A stretch of DNA of 33,679 nucleotides, taken from the IMG/VR virus record IMGVR_UViG_3300032288_001772, positions 1 through 33,679 of that record; one strand, given 5' to 3'. Every line of letters starts with the position of its first letter. Positions within the stretch are counted from its first letter, which is position 1. Both the position numbers and the translations under genes were made by a program. Under the pieces are notes generated by a model. That model was not told where the DNA came from, searched no databases, and saw only the letters and a program-made list of their open reading frames with translations. Origin of the DNA: a virus. Lineage: Duplodnaviria > Caudoviricetes. Positions 21,313-28,332 of the stretch are shown here, piece by piece.

Positions 21313-21844
21313 CAGCAGGCTCGTCCATCGTTATGTGCTGCTGCTCTACGGTCGGCACCCCGGTGATAACCTGCAACTGCACTCCGCCAGCATGATCCAC
21401 GCCGACGCGGTCGCCATACTTCTTCGGGTTCCACTTAGCCAATAACTTGAGCCGCTGCTCGACCTGAATGCGCCGCCACTGCACATAAGCCGGATCTATC
21501 CTCGAACCGTCCTCGGTACGCTCCGGCTCCTCGTCGATCATCGCGATAGTATCCTCGGCAATCGCATCAGCACCTGCGTCGCGCGCGCGTGCGAAGCGTT
21601 CGGCGAATTCTTTATCCTTCCTCACCCATTCGTAAACCGCTCCCCACGAAGGCTTGTTGGGTTGTCTGCAATAATCCCGCAGAGTTCTTCCGTCAGTTAT
21701 CCACTCGATAACCTCGTCGGCGTAGACCTGAGGCACAGGTTCAGGTGGCCTGCCCACTGGCCTCGTTATCGTTGGCAACTGGGACTCTTCGCCAGTCGTG
21801 AGCGACTTGTGCGCGTAGCTGGTAATTCGCGACCTTTTGGACAT
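21305..21844 (-). CDS. terS: Terminase small subunit (true start may be TTG 21778)
   Basis: GRP, HTH (G.TLR..C...P....VY.W), FAERFARAR and LLAKWNPKKYGD motifs; overlaps the terL start. Confidence 0.9.
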   Translation of the reverse strand: MSKRSRITSYAHKSLTTGEESQLPTITRPVGRPPEPVPQVYADEVIEWITDGRTLRDYCRQPNKPSWGAVYEWVRKDKEFAERFARARDAGADAIAEDTIAMIDEEPERTEDGSRIDPAYVQWRRIQVEQRLKLLAKWNPKKYGDRVGVDHAGGVQLQVITGVPTVEQQHITMDEPADG

Positions 21845-22013
21845 AGCTTCTCTTGAGACCTAACTCGCGAGCGATGGCACCATAACTCCAGCCCTCGTCC
21901 TCGCGCAGTTCTCTGATTCTGTTGACGATAACCTGCGGGACCCGCGAGTTATGGTGTCCCTCGTTGATCCTGTGCCCGTATTCGTTAACGGGAACAAGGC
22001 GCGTGCGTTTCAA
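21741..22013 (-). CDS. Small helix-turn-helix DNA-binding protein
   Basis: EGHHNSR...IRELREDEGWSYGAIARELGL HTH; its TTG start overlaps the upstream stop. Confidence 0.7.
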   Translation of the reverse strand: MKRTRLVPVNEYGHRINEGHHNSRVPQVIVNRIRELREDEGWSYGAIARELGLKRSYVQKVANYQLRAQVAHDWRRVPVANDNEASGQAT

Positions 22014-22177
22014 CGCTTCTTCTTCTTAAGCATCGCAGCCCAAGGCGTTTTGCGCTTTGCATCTGCGGCGTTGAATTCTTTTGCAACCGATTGCGCGATA
22101 CCAACCTTCTTGGCGAAGGCCGGGTTGTGCGCTGCTGCGGCCATTAACTTTGCCTGCGCTGCGGATTTACTGGGCAT
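22010..22177 (-). CDS. Small basic phage protein (55 aa)
   Basis: Reads MPSKSAAQAKLMAAAAHNPAFAKKVGIAQSVAKEF... and fills the gap; below the ORF-track cutoff. Confidence 0.75.
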   Translation of the reverse strand: MPSKSAAQAKLMAAAAHNPAFAKKVGIAQSVAKEFNAADAKRKTPWAAMLKKKKR

Positions 22178-22179
22178 AG

Positions 22180-22680
22180 TTAGGTTTCCAGTGGACCGAA
22201 AATGGGATAAGCAATCGCCTGAACTCGTTCCTCGTTAACGCGACGAGGATAACCAGATGGCCTAGCAGGTTTCAGCGGCTGGATTCTGGGGTCCCCATTT
22301 TCCGCGATATAAAGCTCGCGAACGAGGTCGAGCTTTTCAGTTTCGAGGGTAGTTATCGTTGCGTCCTGAGTAGATACCTGCGAAGTTAAATCAGCAATAG
22401 TTGCGTCTTTTGCAACGATGCTAGCATTCAGGCTAGCGATAGTTGCCGCCTGCGATGCGATAGTAGCGTTCGCAGCTATCAGGTCGGCGCTAACGTCGAG
22501 GAGTTCGTTATACGAATCCTCATAGGTGTCCACCATGTTCCAGATATTGTTAATGGCTACTGTTCCCTCTTCGTCGTAGCCCCAAGTGCCCCAGTCGCTA
22601 ATTTTGAAGCCTTCCATCGTCGCGGCGTCCGCGATCAATAGCTTCAGGTCCTCGACTTCTGCATTCGTCAGAATGGTCAT
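22180..22680 (-). CDS. Coiled-coil hypothetical protein
   Basis: Heptad repeats (ATIASQA/ATIASLN/ATIADLT). ATG 22680 follows an SD-like GAGGA and overlaps the upstream stop. Confidence 0.65.
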   Translation of the reverse strand: MTILTNAEVEDLKLLIADAATMEGFKISDWGTWGYDEEGTVAINNIWNMVDTYEDSYNELLDVSADLIAANATIASQAATIASLNASIVAKDATIADLTSQVSTQDATITTLETEKLDLVRELYIAENGDPRIQPLKPARPSGYPRRVNEERVQAIAYPIFGPLET

Positions 22681-22913
22681 TCTTGGTCCTCGTCTATGGC
22701 ATCGGCGCAAGCGCGAAGCACCCGATGCATAAGGCGGTCGAAGTCCTCGCGCTCGGCGTCCTCGTCGAAGTAGAGAGCGAGGATTTCCCCCAGCAACTCG
22801 CGCAGGGCCAATAACTCAGCGGCTACGGCAGCGCCTTCGAGGTTGCATGGCGCAAGGTCCACGTTCGTGCGACCCTTGACCATCTGAGATAACCGCTTGC
22901 CTCTAACGCGCAC
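22677..22913 (-). CDS. Hypothetical protein
   Basis: 78-aa ORF coupled to both neighbours. Confidence 0.5.
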   Translation of the reverse strand: MRVRGKRLSQMVKGRTNVDLAPCNLEGAAVAAELLALRELLGEILALYFDEDAEREDFDRLMHRVLRACADAIDEDQE

Positions 22914-23143
22914 TAGGCACCGTCCTCGTCGTTATCACGCAGCCGCTCGCGCAGCCGTTCGAGCTTCGCCCACAACAGCACCGACCAGCCGCATACGTCT
23001 TCCAACTCCTGCTCGATCTCGTTAAGCAGGTTATCCACTGGCAGGTCAAGGCTGGCGTCGCCGTAGATGCGTGCGCCCTCGACCAGCCTTGCGCGGACCT
23101 TGGAGACGAACTTGTCGAGCGTGACCTCGATGGGGTGCTGCAT
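22913..23143 (-). CDS. Small all-alpha hypothetical protein (MazG-like acidic motif)
   Basis: MQHPIEV...GARIYGD...EIEQELED; the E-x-x-x-E-x-x-D spacing is reminiscent of all-alpha NTP pyrophosphohydrolases (tentative). Confidence 0.55.
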   Translation of the reverse strand: MQHPIEVTLDKFVSKVRARLVEGARIYGDASLDLPVDNLLNEIEQELEDVCGWSVLLWAKLERLRERLRDNDEDGA

Positions 23144-23293
23144 GCAGTACGGTGTAGCGGGATTCTGATGCGGTGCAAGAAGTTGGCCCCCTCGCCGAAG
23201 GCCAAGAACAGGAAACTCGAAAAAAATTTTCGGCTGCAAGTGCTGCAACTGCAACGACTTGCGACGGCTCGCCGACCACAACCCAAGTTGTTG

Positions 23294-23321
23294 TTGGCTC
23301 ACTGCCGATGGTGTGTATAAT
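23294..23321 (+). promoter_or_regulatory. Sigma70-type early promoter
   Basis: TTGGCT (23294-23299), 16 nt, perfect TATAAT (23316-23321); at the head of the plus-strand cluster. Confidence 0.7.
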
Positions 23322-23333
23322 AGGGGCATCGAG

Positions 23334-23368
23334 CGCGGAACGCCGCGAACGACACCGATCTTTGACAG
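23334..23368 (+). promoter_or_regulatory. Hairpin plus boxA-like antitermination element
   Basis: CGCGG-AACG-CCGCG hairpin, then GATCTTTGACAG, which resembles rrn boxA (GCTCTTTAACA), ~30 nt after the predicted start site. Confidence 0.45.
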
Positions 23369-23511
23369 TGCGAACGACCTGAACCTGCCTGCCGGACCGC
23401 AGGGCGCAATCGACAGTAGCGCCCGACCGACCAACCCGACAGTCAGGCCAACGACCCGAAGCAAAGGGCGCAGGTAGTGGGGAACGGACGCGAGTCCGCA
23501 AACTCCCGAAT

Positions 23512-23568
23512 GTGGTCTGGTGCGTAGAGCGCACCACTGACGATGGCCTCGGACAAGGCCGAAACCAC
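23512..23568 (+). ncRNA. Hammerhead ribozyme, type III (HH1)
   Basis: Stem III GUGG/CCAC; GUC site (cut after 23517); stem I UGGUGCG/CGCACCA; core CUGACGA plus one extra U; stem II GGCC/GGCC; GAAA. Confidence 0.88.
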
Positions 23569-23583
23569 TACCCGATGATAACC

Positions 23584-23841
23584 ATGAACCTTCCAGTGTT
23601 TACCCCTGAGCCGCTCACCTTCACCAGCGCCGTGCTTAACGGTCGCGACCCTAGCCGCCGCGCTTACCGCTGCGAGCACAAGAGCAGGAAGTTCACCATC
23701 AACATCGACGGCAACGTCATCACCATCCGCGAGTATGTCGAGTGGGATGGCGCGTTTATCCGCTCCACGGTGACTAAGGCCAAAGCCGACCGAATCACCA
23801 AGGCCCAGCAACTTGTCGAACGCATTACCAACAAACTCTGA
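23584..23841 (+). CDS. Hypothetical early protein
   Basis: ATG 23584 (or 23575) lies just after HH1; the upstream GTG extension overlaps the ribozyme. Confidence 0.65.
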   Translation: MNLPVFTPEPLTFTSAVLNGRDPSRRAYRCEHKSRKFTINIDGNVITIREYVEWDGAFIRSTVTKAKADRITKAQQLVERITNKL

Positions 23842-23861
23842 TCCATAACGAAAGCAACAAC

Positions 23862-24134
23862 ATGCACTACTACTCCATCACGACCGTCACCTCCCACCGC
23901 CTCTTCAGTGTCCTGCTCGCCGCGTACAGCGGCACCAACATCAAGCCCGAGCGTTGGCAAGTCGCGGAAATGGCTCGCGATCTAGCCTGCGCCTTGAACG
24001 ATAACCTTGAGTGCAAGCTTGGCAGCCGCAACTACATCTCAGGCAACGATATCGAAGACGCCATCGACGTTTTCCTCCAGCAGCAGCAACTCAACGAGAC
24101 CGTCAAGCAGATCCTTGATAACCAGAAGAAGTAA
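23862..24134 (+). CDS. Hypothetical early protein
   Basis: 90-aa ORF with an A/C-rich leader; tight packing. Confidence 0.7.
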   Translation: MHYYSITTVTSHRLFSVLLAAYSGTNIKPERWQVAEMARDLACALNDNLECKLGSRNYISGNDIEDAIDVFLQQQQLNETVKQILDNQKK

Positions 24135-24136
24135 CC

Positions 24137-24277
24137 ATGAGCCAGCAAACCATCACCGTCGCGTCGATTGACGTATTCGCAGCCCTTATCGCCAAGTTCG
24201 TACAGGAGGGCCTCACCTTCGAGGCCAGCGACGATAAGGACGGCGGCTTTGTTATCCAACTTACCGGAGGGTTCTAA
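24137..24277 (+). CDS. Hypothetical early protein (46 aa)
   Basis: MSQQTITVASIDVFAALIAKFVQEGLTFEA...LTGGF fills the gap between neighbours. Confidence 0.65.
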   Translation: MSQQTITVASIDVFAALIAKFVQEGLTFEASDDKDGGFVIQLTGGF

Positions 24278-24278
24278 A

Positions 24279-24428
24279 ATGACCGACGATAACCAAATCA
24301 CCATTCCCGATATCTACTGCCCAGCATGCGGCCACTACGACCATGCCAAGTACGGCAACATCGGCAAGCTGCTGTTCTTGCAGTGCGGCCAGTGCGGAAC
24401 CGATTTCGTGGCCAAAGACAAAACGTAG
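24279..24428 (+). CDS. Small zinc-ribbon protein (49 aa)
   Basis: CPACG...CGQCG; GGAGG upstream of ATG 24279. Confidence 0.7.
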   Translation: MTDDNQITIPDIYCPACGHYDHAKYGNIGKLLFLQCGQCGTDFVAKDKT

Positions 24429-24459
24429 AAAACCAAAACTAACTACCCCCTAAATTTCC

Positions 24460-24747
24460 ATGACCGCAACGAAGAAAACCAAAGCGTGCTTCCTCTCTCA
24501 GTTCCATGGCCGCGAAGGCGGCACCTACGTCGTGATCACGGCGTGTGGTCGCTGGGGACGCGGACCGACAATCCTTGAAGCCAAGCGCAACTGCCAGCAG
24601 CAGGGCGCTCGCAAGTTTGCGCCAGACTGCGTGCTGGTTGCATGGCAGGCGCTCGATGAGCGTGGCCTGCCCGGCGTCGATGGCGACGGCTGCCTGAGTT
24701 ACTACGGCAAGCTGGACTACCTCTGGAGGCCCAGCGACGCACGATAA
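24460..24747 (+). CDS. Hypothetical early protein
   Basis: 95-aa ORF containing WGRGPTILEAKRN. Confidence 0.7.
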   Translation: MTATKKTKACFLSQFHGREGGTYVVITACGRWGRGPTILEAKRNCQQQGARKFAPDCVLVAWQALDERGLPGVDGDGCLSYYGKLDYLWRPSDAR

Positions 24748-24751
24748 CGCC

Positions 24752-24767
24752 GCGCCCTTTGGGGCGC
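24752..24767 (+). repeat. GC hairpin copy 1 (GCGCCC-TTTG-GGGCGC)
   Basis: 4 nt after a stop codon; 15/16 identical to the copy at 25037. Confidence 0.75.
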
Positions 24768-24783
24768 AGAAAGAAAAACAACG

Positions 24784-25032
24784 ATGACAACCGAACTGAC
24801 ACACGCCTCTCTAGCCTTGTTCCTGACTCTGGCCCGCGACTCGATGGATTGGAATGGAGTCCCGCTGTTCGAAGGCAGCAAAAGGCAGTGCGGCAACCTT
24901 AGCGACCTTAAAACGAAGGGCCTACTGTCCACGCAGCAGGACGAGGAGAACCGCCTTTGCCACTGGGTAATGTTCAGCGAGTCTGGCAGGCAGCTTGCCG
25001 CCCAGCACGGCATCAACATTCCCGACAACTAA
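24784..25032 (+). CDS. Hypothetical early protein, possible winged helix
   Basis: LSDLKTKGLL...WVMFSESGRQLA resembles a wHTH wing pattern. Confidence 0.7.
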   Translation: MTTELTHASLALFLTLARDSMDWNGVPLFEGSKRQCGNLSDLKTKGLLSTQQDEENRLCHWVMFSESGRQLAAQHGINIPDN

Positions 25033-25036
25033 CTCC

Positions 25037-25052
25037 GCGCCCTTCGGGGCGC
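25037..25052 (+). repeat. GC hairpin copy 2 (GCGCCC-TTCG-GGGCGC, cUUCGg tetraloop)
   Basis: 4 nt after a stop codon and abutting HH2. Confidence 0.8.
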
Positions 25053-25108
25053 TCGGTATGCGCAGTGGTGCTGCGCACTGATGAGGCCCAGCCAAGGCCG
25101 AAACCGAG
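25052..25108 (+). ncRNA. Hammerhead ribozyme, type III (HH2)
   Basis: Stem III CUCGG/CCGAG; GUA site (cut after 25058); stem I UGCGCAG/CUGCGCA; core CUGAUGA; stem II GGCC/GGCC; GAAA; fully intergenic. Confidence 0.93.
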
Positions 25109-25115
25109 AACTAGC

Positions 25116-25463
25116 ATGAACATCAACGACACGCTCAATCATCACAAATCGCGTTTGCTCAACATTCTGGGCGAGCAGCCCGGCGCGACGGTCTACACTC
25201 TGATCACCAAGCGCAGCGATACCTCGCGCCGCGTGCGTCTGTTTGCCTGCTGCGATAACAAGCTGCACGAAATCACCAGTTCGGCAGCGGTACTTATCTT
25301 CGGCGCAAAAGTCCAGCGCGGTGACTGGGGATCGCGTACCCGCCTCAACCCAGAGGGCCTTCGGTTCGAGGGCTGCGGTTACGACGTAGGCAACCATGCG
25401 ATTGGGTTTCTGGCCTTCCAGCTTCACGGCAGCGAGGACGCGCTGAAGGAGCAGTCCCTGTGA
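25116..25463 (+). CDS. Hypothetical early protein
   Basis: ATG 7 nt after HH2; contains PGATVYT...GCGYDVG. Confidence 0.7.
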   Translation: MNINDTLNHHKSRLLNILGEQPGATVYTLITKRSDTSRRVRLFACCDNKLHEITSSAAVLIFGAKVQRGDWGSRTRLNPEGLRFEGCGYDVGNHAIGFLAFQLHGSEDALKEQSL

Positions 25464-25747
25464 CCACTGATCCCATCTACGAGTTGCCGTTCTGGGATTA
25501 TCACCTCGACATGCGCATGGAGGAGTTTGTCCGGCGCATGGCCGACGATCAAGGCATGACGCACAAGTGGCGCGCCGAGACCGACATGGAGTGCGTGATA
25601 TTACTCAGCAACATGCGCAAGTCGCGCATCACCGATAGGCCGGAAACCTCGCATGAGGAACGGCTGATTGCCGCCAAGCTTATTGGCAAGGCGCTATCGC
25701 TTCGACTTCTGATTGGAACCTACAACGAACTCAAGGAACAACAATGA
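25460..25747 (+). CDS. Hypothetical early protein
   Basis: GTGA overlap and SD AAGGAG. Confidence 0.7.
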   Translation: MTTDPIYELPFWDYHLDMRMEEFVRRMADDQGMTHKWRAETDMECVILLSNMRKSRITDRPETSHEERLIAAKLIGKALSLRLLIGTYNELKEQQ

Positions 25748-26142
25748 CCGCTACCATCAAACCTTTCAATCACTGCGAAGGCGCTCGCGTGCGCGTCTAC
25801 CGCAACCTCCGCAACAACAAGCTGAGTGTGCAGGACAAGGTCACGCGCCGAGTCATCGGGCATGTCGATCACATTGATCTGGTGCAAGCGCGTTTCATCG
25901 TGTCGCGCACCGGAGTCGAGCGCATCCGCGCAACCAAGCGCAAGCGCGTCGTTGCATTCGTCGAAGGCACCATTCAACGCTTCGACGGCTCGCATGTTCT
26001 GCATAACCGCGTTCAGTTTAATCCGTACCGCTGGGACACGTTCGTCGATACGGATGGACACGGCGTTGAAGCGGCTGCGGAGATTGTCGTGAACAGCACC
26101 GGATGGATGTGGGCCAACGGCCTGCGCTGGTCGCACTGCTGA
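25744..26142 (+). CDS. Conserved-type phage hypothetical protein
   Basis: VRVYRNL...SV...VIGH...F.VS..G..R....KRK.V.AFVEG...FNPY pattern recognisable from phage hypotheticals; ATGA overlap. Confidence 0.8.
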   Translation: MTATIKPFNHCEGARVRVYRNLRNNKLSVQDKVTRRVIGHVDHIDLVQARFIVSRTGVERIRATKRKRVVAFVEGTIQRFDGSHVLHNRVQFNPYRWDTFVDTDGHGVEAAAEIVVNSTGWMWANGLRWSHC

Positions 26143-26151
26143 CCCTAACCC

Positions 26152-26373
26152 ATGAATACCATGAACGAAATCAAACTCTACGCTCAGTGGAGCGTCATCA
26201 ATAACGCCTACATGATTCTGTTCGGCAGTGCGCCGTGCGGACTTGGATCGACCGAACGAATCTTCTGGCCCAACCTAGCGGAGTTGGCGGTCGAGTGTGC
26301 CGCGCTTGGTCTCAGGATGCGCCCGAGTGGGCGCGGGATCACGCGGCGTTGGTATCTTGAAGTTAACGAGTAA
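26152..26373 (+). CDS. Hypothetical early protein
   Basis: 73-aa ORF that fills the gap. Confidence 0.6.
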   Translation: MNTMNEIKLYAQWSVINNAYMILFGSAPCGLGSTERIFWPNLAELAVECAALGLRMRPSGRGITRRWYLEVNE

Positions 26374-26389
26374 ACATTAGGAGAAAAGC

Positions 26390-27232
26390 ATGACTACTAC
26401 CCCGATTCATCCGTTCCAGAAAGCTGGCCTTGGCATCGCACCGTTCCGGGTCCTCGCATACGAGTGCCGTCGCGGCCCGATCAAGCGCGTCGAGAACGGC
26501 GTGCTCGTCACGTACGGCAGTCCCGGCCAGCCAGTTACCGCGTGCGAGTACTGCTCGACGCCGATTGTGCACGTGTACATCATCGAGAGCAGTGACGGCA
26601 GGGAGTTCGTTGTTGGCTGCGAGTGCGTGCGCAAGACTGGCGACGCGCACCTCCTCAAGCAAAGCAAGCAGCACCTTGGCGAGTTCCGAGCCAAGCAGCG
26701 CGAGGCCCAGCGCGTAGAGCGCAAGCAAGTGTGGGAGAATCAGCGGCGCGTCGAGGTGGACGCGCAGAAGCGCGAGTGGCTCGCCGCCAACCCATGGTGG
26801 AGCCCGTTTGCCGCGAAGCATGGACAGAATCAGTTCGTGCAGTCGCTGGCCAATACGCTGCACCTCTGGGGCACGCTCAGCGAAAAGCAGGTGCAGTTTG
26901 CCCAGCGCCTGCTTGTTCAGCTTGACGTTCCAAAAGTCCCGGTGCCCATCACCGAAGGTCGCACGCGCGTCACTGGCACCATCGTCAGCATGCGCACCGA
27001 CCGGAACGGCTACGGCAGAGTCGAGACCAAGGTTCTGCTCGACGTTACGACCGACGCAGGCGCGTACCGATTGTGGGGCACGCTGCCGGACGGCGCGTAC
27101 AGGGCGGTGCGTGGCGACACGCTGGCCTTCGACGCAATCGTGCAGCGCAGCGACAGGGACGTTGCGTTTGGGTTCTACAAGCGCCCGACCAAGGTCGTGC
27201 TGACTCCGGCAGAAGCGGGGGTGGAGGCATGA
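26390..27232 (+). CDS. Zn-binding N-terminal domain, helical linker and probable C-terminal OB-fold protein
   Basis: CEYC...VGCECV, LSEKQ and EGRTRVTGTIVS...GFYKRPTK motifs; SD AGGAG. Confidence 0.75.
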   Translation: MTTTPIHPFQKAGLGIAPFRVLAYECRRGPIKRVENGVLVTYGSPGQPVTACEYCSTPIVHVYIIESSDGREFVVGCECVRKTGDAHLLKQSKQHLGEFRAKQREAQRVERKQVWENQRRVEVDAQKREWLAANPWWSPFAAKHGQNQFVQSLANTLHLWGTLSEKQVQFAQRLLVQLDVPKVPVPITEGRTRVTGTIVSMRTDRNGYGRVETKVLLDVTTDAGAYRLWGTLPDGAYRAVRGDTLAFDAIVQRSDRDVAFGFYKRPTKVVLTPAEAGVEA

Positions 27233-27471
27233 CCTCCGCCCAACTCGACAGTGACCGCCCGTACTGGGCAATCCACAAGGAGACGGCGCACAAGTTCGAC
27301 TGCTTCGAGGACTTGTGCAGGTTTATCTCAAGCCTGAGTCCGATAGTGCCGATAACCCTGCCGCTCTACTTCGGATACTTGCCGCCTCCAACTTGCGGAG
27401 CGGACGGTTCCATAACTTTCGATCCAGCAAGATTAACTTGGGTACTTAAGATTAACACGGGAGATAAATAA
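27229..27471 (+). CDS. Hypothetical protein
   Basis: ATGA overlap at 27229 with GGAGG upstream. Confidence 0.55.
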   Translation: MTSAQLDSDRPYWAIHKETAHKFDCFEDLCRFISSLSPIVPITLPLYFGYLPPPTCGADGSITFDPARLTWVLKINTGDK

Positions 27472-27473
27472 TC

Positions 27474-27716
27474 ATGGACAACTCGATAATTAGCCCGACT
27501 TGGATTGTGCGCGGTAATACCCGCAAAACAATCGAAGTCGGCGAACTACGCAACGAAACGGAAGGGGGGCGCTGGGTGTTCTGGTACTACTCCTGCCGCG
27601 CCGAAGTGTTCAAGGGCTGCACTACGGCTAGCTTTCACTGGACCTACGAACAAGCCGAAGCCGAAGCGGAACGCCGCTGGCAGGCACGATTGGAGGGCGC
27701 ATGTTCCAATATCTGA
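27474..27716 (+). CDS. Hypothetical protein
   Basis: 80-aa ORF with SD GGAG. Confidence 0.6.
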   Translation: MDNSIISPTWIVRGNTRKTIEVGELRNETEGGRWVFWYYSCRAEVFKGCTTASFHWTYEQAEAEAERRWQARLEGACSNI

Positions 27717-28147
27717 TCGCCGCCATCCTGTCCGCTTTGACTCTGGCCTACCTCGCCACCGCGCAGCGCCCCACCATCGAGCAAATCGATGCGTACCGCA
27801 AGGAACTGCGCCCGTTGCTCGACGCGATTCGACAGGTCGAGTCGGGCGGCAACGACGAGGCCACTGGAGACGGCGGCAACGCCATCGGCGCATACCAAAT
27901 CTGGATCGCCTACTGGTCCGACGCCGTCGAGTGGGTGCCGGACCTCAAGGGCGAGTACGAAGGTTGTCGTGCGCGCTGGTACGCCGAGCGCATAATGATC
28001 GCATACTGGCACCGTTATGCACGCCGGGCGCTCATCGATGGCGACTATGAAAAGCTGGCCCGGGTCCACAACGGCGGCCCCAAGGGCCACCTCAAGCAGG
28101 CAACCGAGAAGTACTGGGACAAGGTAGTCAGGCTGCTTGAGGACTGA
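27701..28147 (+). CDS. Lysozyme-fold enzyme (i-type/destabilase-like) with N-terminal signal or anchor
   Basis: AIRQVESGG (catalytic Glu), GAYQI...YW.D and ARVHNGGP.G motifs; hydrophobic first ~20 aa; SD GGAGG. Confidence 0.8.
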   Translation: MFQYLIAAILSALTLAYLATAQRPTIEQIDAYRKELRPLLDAIRQVESGGNDEATGDGGNAIGAYQIWIAYWSDAVEWVPDLKGEYEGCRARWYAERIMIAYWHRYARRALIDGDYEKLARVHNGGPKGHLKQATEKYWDKVVRLLED

Positions 28148-28165
28148 GCGCGCCACGTTCGGGAA

Positions 28166-28217
28166 TGGCGGGCGATCTCGGTGGGGGCGGTGGGGTAGTA
28201 GCCCCCCCACCCCGCCA
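28166..28217. terminator. GC-rich stem-loop between convergent operons
   Basis: TGGCGGG/CCCGCCA and GTGGGGG/CCCCCAC complementarity; no clear U-tract. Confidence 0.45.
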
Positions 28218-28221
28218 GCCT

Positions 28222-28332
28222 CTAGAAAAGCCAGCTAACCATCACGCAGAACCCGATCCACCAAACCATGCAGAACCACACGGCGAGCGCCCACACGGTC
28301 AGGCGTCCCCAGTTGATGTTTTGCTTGTTCAT
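28222..28332 (-). CDS. Small single-pass membrane protein (36 aa)
   Basis: MNKQNINWGRLTVWALAVWFCMVWWIGF...; ATGA overlap and SD GAGGG. Confidence 0.5.
   Translation of the reverse strand: MNKQNINWGRLTVWALAVWFCMVWWIGFCVMVSWLF

Noticed and set aside
23362-23367. Perfect TTGACA as a -35 box
   Set aside because: There is no -10 at 16-18 nt, and it is better explained as part of the boxA-like motif.
22913-23583. Long ORF extensions across the control region (22913-23464, 23512 GTG start) and the 24957-25115 extension
   Set aside because: They overlap the promoter, leader and ribozymes; downstream ATGs (23143, 23584, 25116) fit better.
28222-28332. Small membrane ORF as the holin for the lysozyme
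   Set aside because: It is on the opposite strand in the replication operon, only 36 aa, and has no family evidence.
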